In this document: positions 27,985 through 38,234 of the stretch, one piece after another
Position numbering within the stretch: position 1 is the first letter of the stretch
Layout: each line of letters starts with the position of its first letter
Position numbers and translations under genes: made by a program
Source of the DNA: Candidatus Latescibacterota bacterium
GTDB lineage: Bacteria; Latescibacterota; CBDEFO01
Length of the DNA: 64,000 bases
Assembly: GCA_965248755.1 (NCBI GenBank)
Contig: OZ252149.1
Span: forward strand, 128,001 to 192,000
Reading direction: 5' to 3'
The notes under the pieces: model-generated
What the model saw: the letters and a program-made list of their open reading frames with translations, nothing else
The model's database searches: none
Told to the model about the DNA's origin: nothing

Positions 27985-29403
27985 GTGAAAATATCTTGGA
28001 GGAACTCGCTCAAAAGGCGGCGGAAGTCAGCGTCCTTTGACAGATCTCGTTGGAGATAAATGCTACGCTTAATCTCGAGGAGATATTCGACATCGTTCTG
28101 CGCACGATGGACGAGCTCTTCGATTTTCACCATTCGATTATCCTACTGCTTGAGGACTCCTGGGAAACGCTCAGGGTCGTTGCAAGCCGAGGTTGCAGTA
28201 GGTACCGGGGTCATCGGTATGGTCGCCAAAAGGCGCAGGCTGATGCGGCTCAGCAACCTGAGCCGGCAGCGGACGTACGCTTCGACTATCCGCAGGCAGA
28301 TGGAGCAGGCCGGAAGGGCCCAGGAACTTGACAAGATCGTTCAAGTGCCAGGCCTGGCAAACGCCGAGAGCCAGATCGCAATCCCTCTCATGATTAAGGA
28401 CACGCTCATCGGCGTCTTTTCCGTCGAAAGTAGCCAACAGAGAACATTCCGTGAGAGCGACGAGATTTTGGTAACGATCGTAGCCAATCAGGCTGCGAGC
28501 GCGATTCATAATGCGCGTTTGTATATGCTTGCGGAAGAGCGGCTAAGAGAGTTGAATAAGGCTAATGATGCTCTTGCTCAACTTAACGAGAGCCTCGAAG
28601 AAAGAGTGCGGCAACGAACCAGGAAACTTTCCAATACTCTCCGGGAACTGACGGAAACCCAGAATCAGCTTGTCCTGCGGGAAAAGATGGCATCGCTCGG
28701 CAATCTCATCGCCGGCATCGCCCACGAAATCAACAGCCCCATCGGCGTGGTGAACAGCGCAGCAGATGTCTCTCAGCGATGCATCGCCAAAATCGAATCC
28801 GTTTTAGCTCCTCAAAGCGATGAAGAGTTTAAGAAACCGTTGGCATTGTTGAAAGACAGCGTGGAGGTCACGCTTACCGCCGGAGAACGTATTGACACTC
28901 TGGTAAAAAGCCTGAAGAACTTCGCCCGTCTGGACAAAGCAGAGTTTCAAAGATTCGATCTCCACGACGGTCTTGACAGCACACTGACCCTGATTCAGTC
29001 TGAGTTGGAGGAGCGAATTGCCATTGTAAAAGAATACGGAGAAATACCTCAGATCTACTGTTCCCCCAGTCAAATCAACCAGGTCTTTATGAGCCTGTTG
29101 CTGAATCCAGCCGAGGCCATTGAGGATACTGGCACCATTCGTATTAAGAACTTCTGGAAGGACGGTCATATTCACGTACAGATTTCCGATACCGGTAAGG
29201 GAATTCCTCCTGAGAAGTTAGAAAATATTTTTGATTTTGGTTTTTCTAGGGACAGATCGCGCGTAAAGATGCAAATGGGCTTATCCACTGCTTATAGTAT
29301 TGTTCAAAAGCACAGAGGGGATATCAGGGTGGAAAGCACAGTAGGGAATGGAAGTAACTTTACAGTGATCTTGCCAATCGATCAATCGATAATAGATAAA
29401 TGA
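27985..29403 (+). pseudogene. GAF-domain sensor histidine kinase, 5' part disrupted
   Basis: GAF (GVIGMVA...QIAIPL...IGVFSVES...ANQAASAIHNARLY), H-box EKMASLGNLIAGIAHEINSP, HATPase DTGKGI; TGA at 28038 and frameshift near 28190. Confidence 0.8.
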
Positions 29404-29457
29404 AAGGGAGAAAAAACGATTGACGAAATCAAGGGGAATTCCAAATTTCAGAAGGCC

Positions 29458-30036
29458 TTGAAGCTATTGGCAGAAAACAATCAAGTGGTTGGCATTGCAG
29501 GTCAGCGCATACCCAAAATAGTACAGAGTCTGAACAATTTTGCCAGGTCAGATGAAGCAGACTTCAAAAAAGCGGATATTCATGAGGGCATTGATAGTAC
29601 TCTAATGCTGGTTCTGCACGAATTAAAGGATAGAGTCGAGGTGATCCAGGAATATGGAGACATTCCGCAGATCAACTGTTATCCCAACCAGCTGAACCAG
29701 GTCTTCATGAATTTGCTTCTAAATGCTGCCCATTCCGTCGAAGATAGTGGAATTATCACGATTAAGACATTTGCAGTAGATAAGTATGTTTGTATAAGAA
29801 TTTCTGACACAGGGAAGGGTATTCCATCTGAACATATCAATAGAATTTATGACCCTGGCTTTACAACCAAGGGGCTGGGTGTCGGGACAGGGTTAGGTTT
29901 ATCGATTTACTATAATATCACTCAACATCATAAAGGCACTGTCAGCGTAGAAAGTGAAGTTGGGAAAGACACAGAGTTTACGTTAACGTTACCGATAGAT
30001 CAAGCTAAAAAACCAAAGGCCACGTACAGGAGTTAG
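29458..30036 (+). pseudogene. Second histidine kinase fragment (HATPase_c only)
   Basis: NQLNQVFMNLLLNA, DTGKGI, FTTKGLGVGTGLGLS; no H-box or sensor domain. Confidence 0.75.
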
Positions 30037-30067
30037 TTGCCGTGTCCTGACAAGAAAGGAGCCAAAC

Positions 30068-31126
30068 ATGTTGAGCATCCACCCGCTTCGACACTGGAAC
30101 TTCTGTTTGGCGTCAGCCTTCGCCATCGCTCTTGCTGTCACCAGCAGGCCAGCCGTGGGAGCGGAAGAAGAGGTGCCGAGCGGGGATCCGAGAATCCTCG
30201 CGCCGGGTGCCAAGCTGAAGAAACTGTTCGACCAAGGTTTTCTTACAGAAGGACCCGCCGTGGCACCGGATGGCACTGTCTGCTTCAGTGACATTACCTT
30301 TACTTCTGCGTCAGGAATGCAAGCAGGGCACATCTGGAAGTTTGACCCCAAGACCGGTAAGACCGCCATTTTCCGCTCCCCCAGCGGAATGTCCAACGGA
30401 ATAAAATTTGATGCCCAAGGACGGATGGTGGTGGCAGAAGGAGCGGACTTTGGGGGGTGCAGCATAATCCGCACGGATATGACATCGGGCAAGAGTGAAA
30501 TCCTCGCCGGCTTGTATGATGGGCGCCCGTTCAACTCTCCAAATGACTTGACCATTGATGAGAAGAGGCGGATCTACTTCAGTGACCCCCGGTATCTCGG
30601 GCATGAACCGGTGGATCAGCCCGTGATGGGGGTGTATCGAATTGATCCGGATGGCTCGGTCCACCTCATTATCACGGATGCGGGAAAGCCGAATGGCGTG
30701 GCTGTCTCACCTGATCAGAGGACCTTATACGTGGTAAGTAACGACAATGGTACAATAGGCTTTAACCGGCTTCCCCAAGGAGCGAAGCCCCACAAAGGAC
30801 GAATGGCGTTGATGGCGTATGACTTAGCCTTGGATGGAACCGCCAACTTTAGAAGAGTGCTGGTTGACTACTATCCAGAGGATGGACCAGACGGATTGGT
30901 CGTGGACGTGGAGGGGAATCTCTATGTGGCCGAGCGTAATCTGAAACGCCCGGGGATTGCCGTCCGTTCACCTGAAGGCAAGGAGCTGGCGTTCATCCCA
31001 ACTGAGGTTCCGACCAACGTCGCATTTGGCCGTGGGGCAGAGAGCACGACCCTATACATCACAGCAGGGGAGAGTCTTTATAAGATCAAGATGATGAAAG
31101 AAGGCTATCATCTGCCGTCCAAGTAA
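30068..31126 (+). CDS. Secreted SMP-30/gluconolactonase family protein
   Basis: Signal peptide; LTEGPAV, SNGIKFD, FNSPNDL, FSDPRY, PNGVAVS, PDGLVVD, PTNVAFG. Confidence 0.92.
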   Translation: MLSIHPLRHWNFCLASAFAIALAVTSRPAVGAEEEVPSGDPRILAPGAKLKKLFDQGFLTEGPAVAPDGTVCFSDITFTSASGMQAGHIWKFDPKTGKTAIFRSPSGMSNGIKFDAQGRMVVAEGADFGGCSIIRTDMTSGKSEILAGLYDGRPFNSPNDLTIDEKRRIYFSDPRYLGHEPVDQPVMGVYRIDPDGSVHLIITDAGKPNGVAVSPDQRTLYVVSNDNGTIGFNRLPQGAKPHKGRMALMAYDLALDGTANFRRVLVDYYPEDGPDGLVVDVEGNLYVAERNLKRPGIAVRSPEGKELAFIPTEVPTNVAFGRGAESTTLYITAGESLYKIKMMKEGYHLPSK

Positions 31127-31297
31127 GGACATACACCATAACAAGGTCAGGGACAACACCTTTGATCCGTATCTTTATATCTTCCCACCTGATCGACCAA
31201 CACTGATGAATACCACGACCAGATAGTTAGCCCTGGCTGCAAAAACTCCGATGAGAATTCACTCAGGTTAAGAGAGGATAAGAGAAATAAGGGAGTC

Positions 31298-32269
31298 TTG
31301 ACACACCGCTCGAAAAAAGTATTAGCCCTCGTAAAGATGTACCGGTCAGAATGGTATCAGAATCTGTATCAATCACAATTGACAACAGTATTGCGCGGGT
31401 TTACTGCGACTTCGATTTGCACAATGAAGGCCCCCCCTGATACACTAGCAGTAGGATTCCCAAGGGGGTGGGAAAAGGATCTCTACAACTTCCATGATAA
31501 GATGGCCGGTAAGTTTGTGACTGTACGAACTGGAGCACATGAACCCGTACACCCGTTTAACTTGGGAAAGATCGTCGACTGGAAAACGTTTGAAGTGCCT
31601 TTTTTGACTAAGGGCAGCAAGGTGCAAGTACGTAATTGGTATTGTACTGTTTTATCTAATACGAATTACGACGGACTGTCCGACCGCCGATTCATATACA
31701 TCCTGAAAACGGGTGCGCTGTGGGCAGGAACTATTGGCGATGCTACAATCACCATTACCCTGCGGAACACCCATCCTGACCAGATTACAAAGCTAGAACC
31801 GTCCGGTTACGTTCAGGAAGGTCAACGAATCACCTGGCAATTCAGGGATTTTGAGCCGACGGAAGACATTGAGATCCATCTTATGCAAGATTTTCTCTAT
31901 GGACGACTCCTCCGGTCTCAGATGTTGCTCAAACAAGATCCTAATAACGCCGAAGGTCATTTTCTATCCGGGACAGTGTATTTCAATCAAGAAGGGGTTT
32001 TTAGTTCAAAAGCTCATGATTCGTTCTCCAAAGCGCTAAGTCTCAATCCGAAATTATGGGATGCTCGATGGTATCTTGTGGCTATTTACTATTTCAAAGA
32101 GAACTGGGATGCAGCTCAATATGAACTCGAAACAATAATAGAGGGTAATCCTGAATATATTTGTAGGGATGAGGCCCTCTCGAACTATATGTACGCGGAT
32201 TTACCAACTCACATACCACAAGGATTCTTAGAGAGTGTTCGTCGCCGCATAAGCGAAATGGAGGAGTAA
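31298..32269 (+). CDS. DUF4424-like domain + TPR protein, 5' end probably damaged
   Basis: VGFP...W...F...FIYILKTGALWAGTIG..ITI...ITWQFRDFEPTEDI; TPR-like C-terminus (DPNNAEGHF...ALSLNPK). Confidence 0.55.
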   Translation: MTHRSKKVLALVKMYRSEWYQNLYQSQLTTVLRGFTATSICTMKAPPDTLAVGFPRGWEKDLYNFHDKMAGKFVTVRTGAHEPVHPFNLGKIVDWKTFEVPFLTKGSKVQVRNWYCTVLSNTNYDGLSDRRFIYILKTGALWAGTIGDATITITLRNTHPDQITKLEPSGYVQEGQRITWQFRDFEPTEDIEIHLMQDFLYGRLLRSQMLLKQDPNNAEGHFLSGTVYFNQEGVFSSKAHDSFSKALSLNPKLWDARWYLVAIYYFKENWDAAQYELETIIEGNPEYICRDEALSNYMYADLPTHIPQGFLESVRRRISEMEE

Positions 32270-32343
32270 GTTATCACTTCCCATAATATTCAGAGAAACG
32301 ATGGGCAAAATTTGAAAGACCCGACAATGGGGGGAACGCCGTT

Positions 32344-32934
32344 ATGTTCAGAGCGATTCTTTTGGTATACGTCAGTTTGCTGTCTGTTCACGCCGTGGCC
32401 TTTGAAACAAGTATCGCACCAGGTGAGGGCAGAAAACGTTTTCGGTCTCCATCTGATTCTCTACAACTCCATAGCGCCCCATCTATCCACTCGTGGGTCA
32501 TAAAGAATCTAAAAGTAAAATCAGGTGCCGAGATTGCATACGATCAAAAACGCTTTAGGACTATAACGCCTGGTCTATTAATAGCTGAAAAATCGGGTAG
32601 CATTAGTGGAACCAACTATGGTGTGATTTCTTACCTTTCAGTAGAGGACTACAATAGGTTCAGGGGAGCGAGGAAGGATTTTGAGTATGCGGCGAAAGAT
32701 ACTATTGAATATCTCCAATATCGGGCCGAAGGTACCGGCTTTATCCGTTTGGACAATCAAGTCCTTGCAGTCGATCTTACAAGTCAGAAGGTGGCTAATT
32801 TGCTTCAGGTAAGAGACCCAGTTGTTGAGTTTTGGATCAGAGTCATCGATACAGATTCCAACCCTATTGGCTGGTATCGTATTCGTGATAGATCCTACTT
32901 CTCTGGACCTAAAACTTCGCCCAAGCGCTACTAG
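32344..32934 (+). CDS. Secreted hypothetical protein
   Basis: Signal peptide-like N-terminus; IEYLQYRAEG motif. Confidence 0.6.
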   Translation: MFRAILLVYVSLLSVHAVAFETSIAPGEGRKRFRSPSDSLQLHSAPSIHSWVIKNLKVKSGAEIAYDQKRFRTITPGLLIAEKSGSISGTNYGVISYLSVEDYNRFRGARKDFEYAAKDTIEYLQYRAEGTGFIRLDNQVLAVDLTSQKVANLLQVRDPVVEFWIRVIDTDSNPIGWYRIRDRSYFSGPKTSPKRY

Positions 32935-33777
32935 CTTCTGACACTTGAAAACTTTAGCCGTAATGCCACACTATTGACCGAAAGGCTTTATGGTTAGCTC
33001 GTGATGAACGAGTGCCTTAAATGCCTGTCGTGTCTCTTCCCAAAAGTCAGCTCGACTGAATTTTTAGAATCTCTTATTTATCAAAATTTTATATCTGCTT
33101 GAGATCATGAGATCCGGCAAAGAATAAAAAGAAAGAAAAAGAGAAATTAAGCAAGGCACTCCCGTCTTGGTGAATCAAAAACTATGTACAACTCAACAAT
33201 TCTCTTCCTGACTCTTTCTGCTTTGCCAATCATCTCTTCTACCTTACATCTCTGCGCCAAAATCTTCACTGCACATCCTGCAAGAGCATCTGGCTTGAAG
33301 TCTGTTAAAGGTTTTCCTTCCTGTTTCGTGTTGTTTCCTAACTCTTTGTCTTGTTTGGAGATAAAGGCTATTGACTTTCTTCTTGTTTCGTGTTATTTTA
33401 TGGTATTCCCGCTTGTTCCAGTAGAAATTTAGTAGAAGTTTGGTAGAAAAGTCAAGGTCAATCAGTTCGACAACTTCATAGAAGCAAAGACAGAGGACAA
33501 GGCAGAGCGCATGGATATCCCAGTAGATCGATGACTATAACAGAAAGCGTTTCCAGTTATCCCTGGGGTCCAAAACTCCACAACAATAAGAAAAAGATTT
33601 TATATGCTACCCCAGGTTGTATAATTGTCATCATTATTTTGGAGTTACCACACATCCTCTATCGTTTTATCCTTGTATCCGGAACATCGGAATAGATCTT
33701 ATCAAGCACCGTATTATGATATGGTACTATGTAAATTGGCTATGTCTATAGATGAAGTAGTTATATAGGGAGGTACT

Positions 33778-36504
33778 ATGAGGCACACTGAAGAGCTTGC
33801 CTGGGTACACAGAGGCTTTGAGGAGTTTTCCAGGGGATCCTTCGAGAATGGAGGAGATAACCTCTATGTGAACGCCAGGGGAACCATAGAGACGATCCAC
33901 AGGTTCGATGTCAATGACGACGGCTATGTGGACATTGTGTTCCCCAACTCTCATGGCTACATCGAGCGCGGACCCACGTGGATTTACACGCAGGCAGAGG
34001 CAGTGGGCAGAGACTGGTCCAGGGCCGAGTTGCCCAACGACAGTGGGTGGATGAGTCGGGTCGTGGATGTCGACGGCGACGGGTACCTCGACCTGATCGT
34101 AGTGAATGCGGAGAACGGCGTTACATCGGAGCTGGACTCGTACATTTACTGGGGCGGCGCTGACGGGCTGAGCGGAGATCGCACCGAGCTTCCTACTGCA
34201 GGCGCGTACGACGTGGCCCTGTTTGACCTCACGGGTAACGGGTGCTTGGACATCATCTTGCCATCGGCATGGGTCGACCACCACAACGCTGGAAGACCCC
34301 GACTCATGCACGTGTACCAGCAGATTGAGCCACGCAGGTTCAAAGATGCATCAGAGCGCTATGGGCTTCTCGGCGTCGCGGCCCTCTCGGTCGCCTGCGA
34401 AGATCTGAACGGAGACGGCTGGCCTGAGCTCGTTGTGGCCAACTACCGCGAGGAATTCGAGTACGATACCGACTCTTTTATTTACTGGGGAACGGAAGAC
34501 GGCTTTGACACTACTTCGCCTCTCAGTCTTCCCTCTCATTATGCGATGCAGGTTGTTCTGGGTGACCTGGATGGAGACGGGGCTAAGGAGATCATCTTCA
34601 CCGGTGGGAACAGTATCTACATCTACTGGAACAGGGGAGGCAGCTTTCGGCCCGACGACCTTACGGTTCTGGAAGCCGAAGGCAACACCACTATGTTCAG
34701 CCGGGGCGCAATACGTGTGGAAGTAGCCGATGTGGACGGCGACGGCAGGAACGAGCTTGTCCTCGCCACGCTGGAAGGAGTAGAGATACGGGCACAGGAC
34801 GACCTGCACAACGTGGCGGCCGTGCTGCCGATGAAGTACTGTAGCTGGGTGGAGAGCGCTGACCTCGACGGTGACGGCCGGCTCGACTTGTTGACGTCCA
34901 GGTACCAGAACGGAAAGGCATATGAGTCCGAATCGGCTGTTTTCTGGAACGGCCCCGAAGGATTCTCGTGCGACCGGGTGACTTGGCTGTCGACAACAGG
35001 TGCTGTGGGCTGTACTGCGGGCGACCTGGACGGCGATGGTAGACCAGAGATCATTTTCAACAATACACTTCGCGGCCCTTCCCAGTTCGATCCTGACTTT
35101 CCTGTCTACGTCTATCTCGGTAACGAGCAATGCGAGTACGACGCTTCCCGGAGGCTGGAGCTTCCGACAGGAGGAGAAAGTAACACCTATGCATTGGCGG
35201 ACCTGGATCTGGACGGCTATACTGATCTCGTGATTACGTCGCCGGAAGGACTTAGGGTCTTTCACGGCGGCCCCGACGGACTGCTGCCGGACAGGTACTC
35301 CATCTTGCCCAGCCAGGGACAGTCCCTCGCTTACGTGCTCGTAGCTGACTTCAACCGTGATGGCTGGCTGGACTTGCTTGCAGTCGCCTACACCTACGAC
35401 GACAAGCCCGAGACCATGGCAAACTCTTCAATGATTTTCTACGGCTCGCCTTCAGGGTTTTCGCCCGAGCGTTCGACAGTCGTGCCGACCTACTGCGGCG
35501 GAAACGCCCTGCTCGCCGACGTCAACAAAGACGGCTGGCTCGAAATTATCGTCTATAACAAACGGAATTACCTTTCAATGTACCTTGGAGGTCCTGACGG
35601 ATACTCTGAAGAAAGAATGTGGAAGGTCCCCATCAAAGGATCCGGTCCAGACGGCGTGGCAGCCATAAACTGCGCCGATCTGAACGGGAATGGGTGGCTG
35701 GACTTGATCGTGGTGGTCACGGGCCACTACGCCCGCGAGAACAGCGGGTTCTACCTCCTCTATGGGGGCCCGGATGGTTACTGTCAGGACAGGATCGAAT
35801 TCCATTCCACAGACGCCTCAGGCATCCGGATATCCGTTGCGGATCTCAACAACAACGGGAACCTGGACCTGCTCGTCCCGGCTTATTCGACTAAGTTCTC
35901 CCGGGAGTTGCCAGCCTACATCTTCTGGGGTGATGGAAAGAGTTTCGACTTCGACAATCCCCTGCTCATCCCCTGCGATTCATCGTGTGCTTTCATGGCT
36001 GTTGATATAACTGGCAATGGCTACCTCGACCTGTTTACGGTCTGCCACCGCAACGATCTCGGACACCAGGTGGACTCCCTGCTCTTCTGGAACGGACCTG
36101 AGGGGATTTCATTCGACCGGGTCACCCGTTTGCCGGGTCTGGGACCCCATCTTGCATCTCCGCGGGATTTCGGAAATGCCCACACACGCGAGCCGCTTGA
36201 GAATTATCTTTCGCCGGCATACGATATGAAAGGCGCCAAGCCGGTCAGGTTGTGCTGGAAGGCGGATACCCCTGAAAAGACGCAGGTCAAGTTCCAGCTT
36301 CGCTGGGCGGAGAGCCAGCACAAGCTTGAAAGCGCCCAGTGGAAAGGACCAGCATCTGAGGGAAGTTTCTATGAAGAGCCAGGGGAGCAGATCAATGGAG
36401 TGGATAGGGCTGCCAGGTGGTTGCAGTACAAGGCGACACTGGTATCCCTGAACGGCTGCCGTTCACCGAAGCTGGAGGAAGTTCGCGTGGATTTCGAACG
36501 TTAA
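33778..36504 (+). CDS. FG-GAP/VCBS repeat beta-propeller protein
   Basis: About 14 DxDGDGxxD(L/I)-type Ca-binding repeats with IYWG/FWNG motifs; RBS GGAGG. Confidence 0.92.
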   Translation: MRHTEELAWVHRGFEEFSRGSFENGGDNLYVNARGTIETIHRFDVNDDGYVDIVFPNSHGYIERGPTWIYTQAEAVGRDWSRAELPNDSGWMSRVVDVDGDGYLDLIVVNAENGVTSELDSYIYWGGADGLSGDRTELPTAGAYDVALFDLTGNGCLDIILPSAWVDHHNAGRPRLMHVYQQIEPRRFKDASERYGLLGVAALSVACEDLNGDGWPELVVANYREEFEYDTDSFIYWGTEDGFDTTSPLSLPSHYAMQVVLGDLDGDGAKEIIFTGGNSIYIYWNRGGSFRPDDLTVLEAEGNTTMFSRGAIRVEVADVDGDGRNELVLATLEGVEIRAQDDLHNVAAVLPMKYCSWVESADLDGDGRLDLLTSRYQNGKAYESESAVFWNGPEGFSCDRVTWLSTTGAVGCTAGDLDGDGRPEIIFNNTLRGPSQFDPDFPVYVYLGNEQCEYDASRRLELPTGGESNTYALADLDLDGYTDLVITSPEGLRVFHGGPDGLLPDRYSILPSQGQSLAYVLVADFNRDGWLDLLAVAYTYDDKPETMANSSMIFYGSPSGFSPERSTVVPTYCGGNALLADVNKDGWLEIIVYNKRNYLSMYLGGPDGYSEERMWKVPIKGSGPDGVAAINCADLNGNGWLDLIVVVTGHYARENSGFYLLYGGPDGYCQDRIEFHSTDASGIRISVADLNNNGNLDLLVPAYSTKFSRELPAYIFWGDGKSFDFDNPLLIPCDSSCAFMAVDITGNGYLDLFTVCHRNDLGHQVDSLLFWNGPEGISFDRVTRLPGLGPHLASPRDFGNAHTREPLENYLSPAYDMKGAKPVRLCWKADTPEKTQVKFQLRWAESQHKLESAQWKGPASEGSFYEEPGEQINGVDRAARWLQYKATLVSLNGCRSPKLEEVRVDFER

Positions 36505-36541
36505 GATGCTGCTTGCGTACAAGTCCATCGCTTTCATCAAT

Positions 36542-36562
36542 CCCCGATAGAATCAATCGGGG
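36542..36562. repeat. 21-bp palindrome copy
   Basis: CCCCGATAGAATCAATCGGGG. Confidence 0.85.
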
Positions 36563-36599
36563 GCGAACCCATATACGGTTCACACGGTATTGTTCTCTT

Positions 36600-36766
36600 T
36601 GGAGCATTTGAGCAACTTTCTGGTTGTGGTTTACAATCACCAGCGTTTCTATTCAGCGTTGGGTTATCTGATGCCTGGGAAACTCGAGGCGCAGTTTGAA
36701 CTTCAAAATTGCGAAAAACTTGCTTGACCTGTTCTATTCCCCGCTCAGAAAAATGGGTTCACCTCA
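36600..36766 (+). mobile_element. IS3-family right-end remnant
   Basis: Translates VYNHQRFYSALGYLMPGKLEAQF (integrase-core tail); ends CAGAAAAATGGGTTCACCTCA; related copy at 40600-40701. Confidence 0.7.
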
Positions 36767-38047
36767 ATGATTTCATTGAACACGACCAGCTCACTATTTC
36801 TATTGAACGGCATAATCCGTACCCAAATACTTAGCTTATATCTCCATCTATAGGTCTTACTGTGGCGAAAGAAGAATTAACAGCCACGACCTTCAAAGAA
36901 ACCGCTCTCCATTCAATCTATACCTGCCTCAAGTAAGAATTAATATGCAACGCTCACTAACCGGCTGACAGAAGTATTTTCTGCCGAACCTGATTCGGTA
37001 TCAACATTAATTCTTAAAAGATATATACCGGGAGGGACTAAGTCTCCTGACTTATCGACGCCAGCCCAGGTCACCCCATATGCCCCAGAAGAGAGGGAAT
37101 CATTTAGCAATTCAACAACTATATTACCGCTAAGATCGTATATTTGAACCTGGACATGACTCGATACCACACGGAATACCGAAAAGCTTATTGACATCTC
37201 ATCGTTGATCCCATCTCCATTGGGTGTAATTATCTCATGATCTACCACAATATTGTCTAATATCTTATTTCCTTCAAGGGCTAATACTATTGTCCTTTCA
37301 CTGTCTGTAACGCCGTTTGCATCTCCATCATCCACCCGTTGCCATGAACCCGCTAAGGAAGAGTTAGCGACAGAACCGTTGAAAAATGTGCTGAATGCTA
37401 ATAAGATCGCTTGGAACTGCACCTCAACCAAAACAGTCCCAGTAGTAGTCCTGAGAGGACTCGGCAGACGCACCCACAGAGAATCAGCATTGTCGGTTAT
37501 AGCCTTGAATCCTTCGCTTTGGTCGGTGTAACTTATACGTTCCCTAACGCTTATGTCCAGGTTGAGCTGCTTAAAGTCCATCCTGACGCCGGGAGGCGCT
37601 TCAATAAGGATCTCATCGAACTGTTGGGTGGCAGAATCGAACGTGGGACGGATGAAATAGGAAAATTCCTGATTGACACCCAGCTTATCCAGACGGGTGG
37701 TTTTATCTCGCCGACGACATTTGCGGCAACAGGATTTATGAAATTAAGTGTCACTGAACGCAAAGTGGCCGACTCGTAGGGATCATCCGTCAGAAGCGTA
37801 GCCCTGATCGAAGCGAATTTTCTGGGACTCGGAGACGTGATCTTATCCCCCGAATGCTCATAAGGCTGGCTCCAACCGCTCCAGTCACTCCCGGGGAGGA
37901 TTTTAGTGACTATGGGTCCCACCTCAAAGTTCTTTCCCTCATCTAGAAATTTGCCACAGAGTTTTTGGTCAATGACATCCTCCCCTTTGCTGCAGACGTC
38001 TTTGAGGGTCACGTTTTTAGCTCCAAAAAGTTTCCAAACGGTACTAA

Positions 38048-38234
38048 CCCCGGATTTACCCGGCCAGGAGTAGGACAAAAATGCCTGCATCACCTCTGAC
38101 GATACCCCCTTAACCCTTCCACCTAACTCCTGATTGTATTTCTCAATAAAGTAATCGACAAGGAAAAAGGGAAGGTCCTCGATATGCTCGCGTAGCGGCG
38201 GCAGGACGATAGGAACGACGTTAAGGCATAAGAA
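38048..38234 (-). pseudogene. Sigma-54 activator (NtrC-type AAA+) internal fragment carried next to the IS1380 right end
   Basis: Translates LNVVPIVLPPLREHIEDLPFFLVDYFIEKYNQELGGRVKGVSSEVMQAFLSYSWPG. Confidence 0.8.

Noticed and set aside
32940..33720. AT-rich intergenic stretch with short ORFs
   Set aside because: Possibly mobile-element debris, but no terminal repeats or protein motifs could be identified
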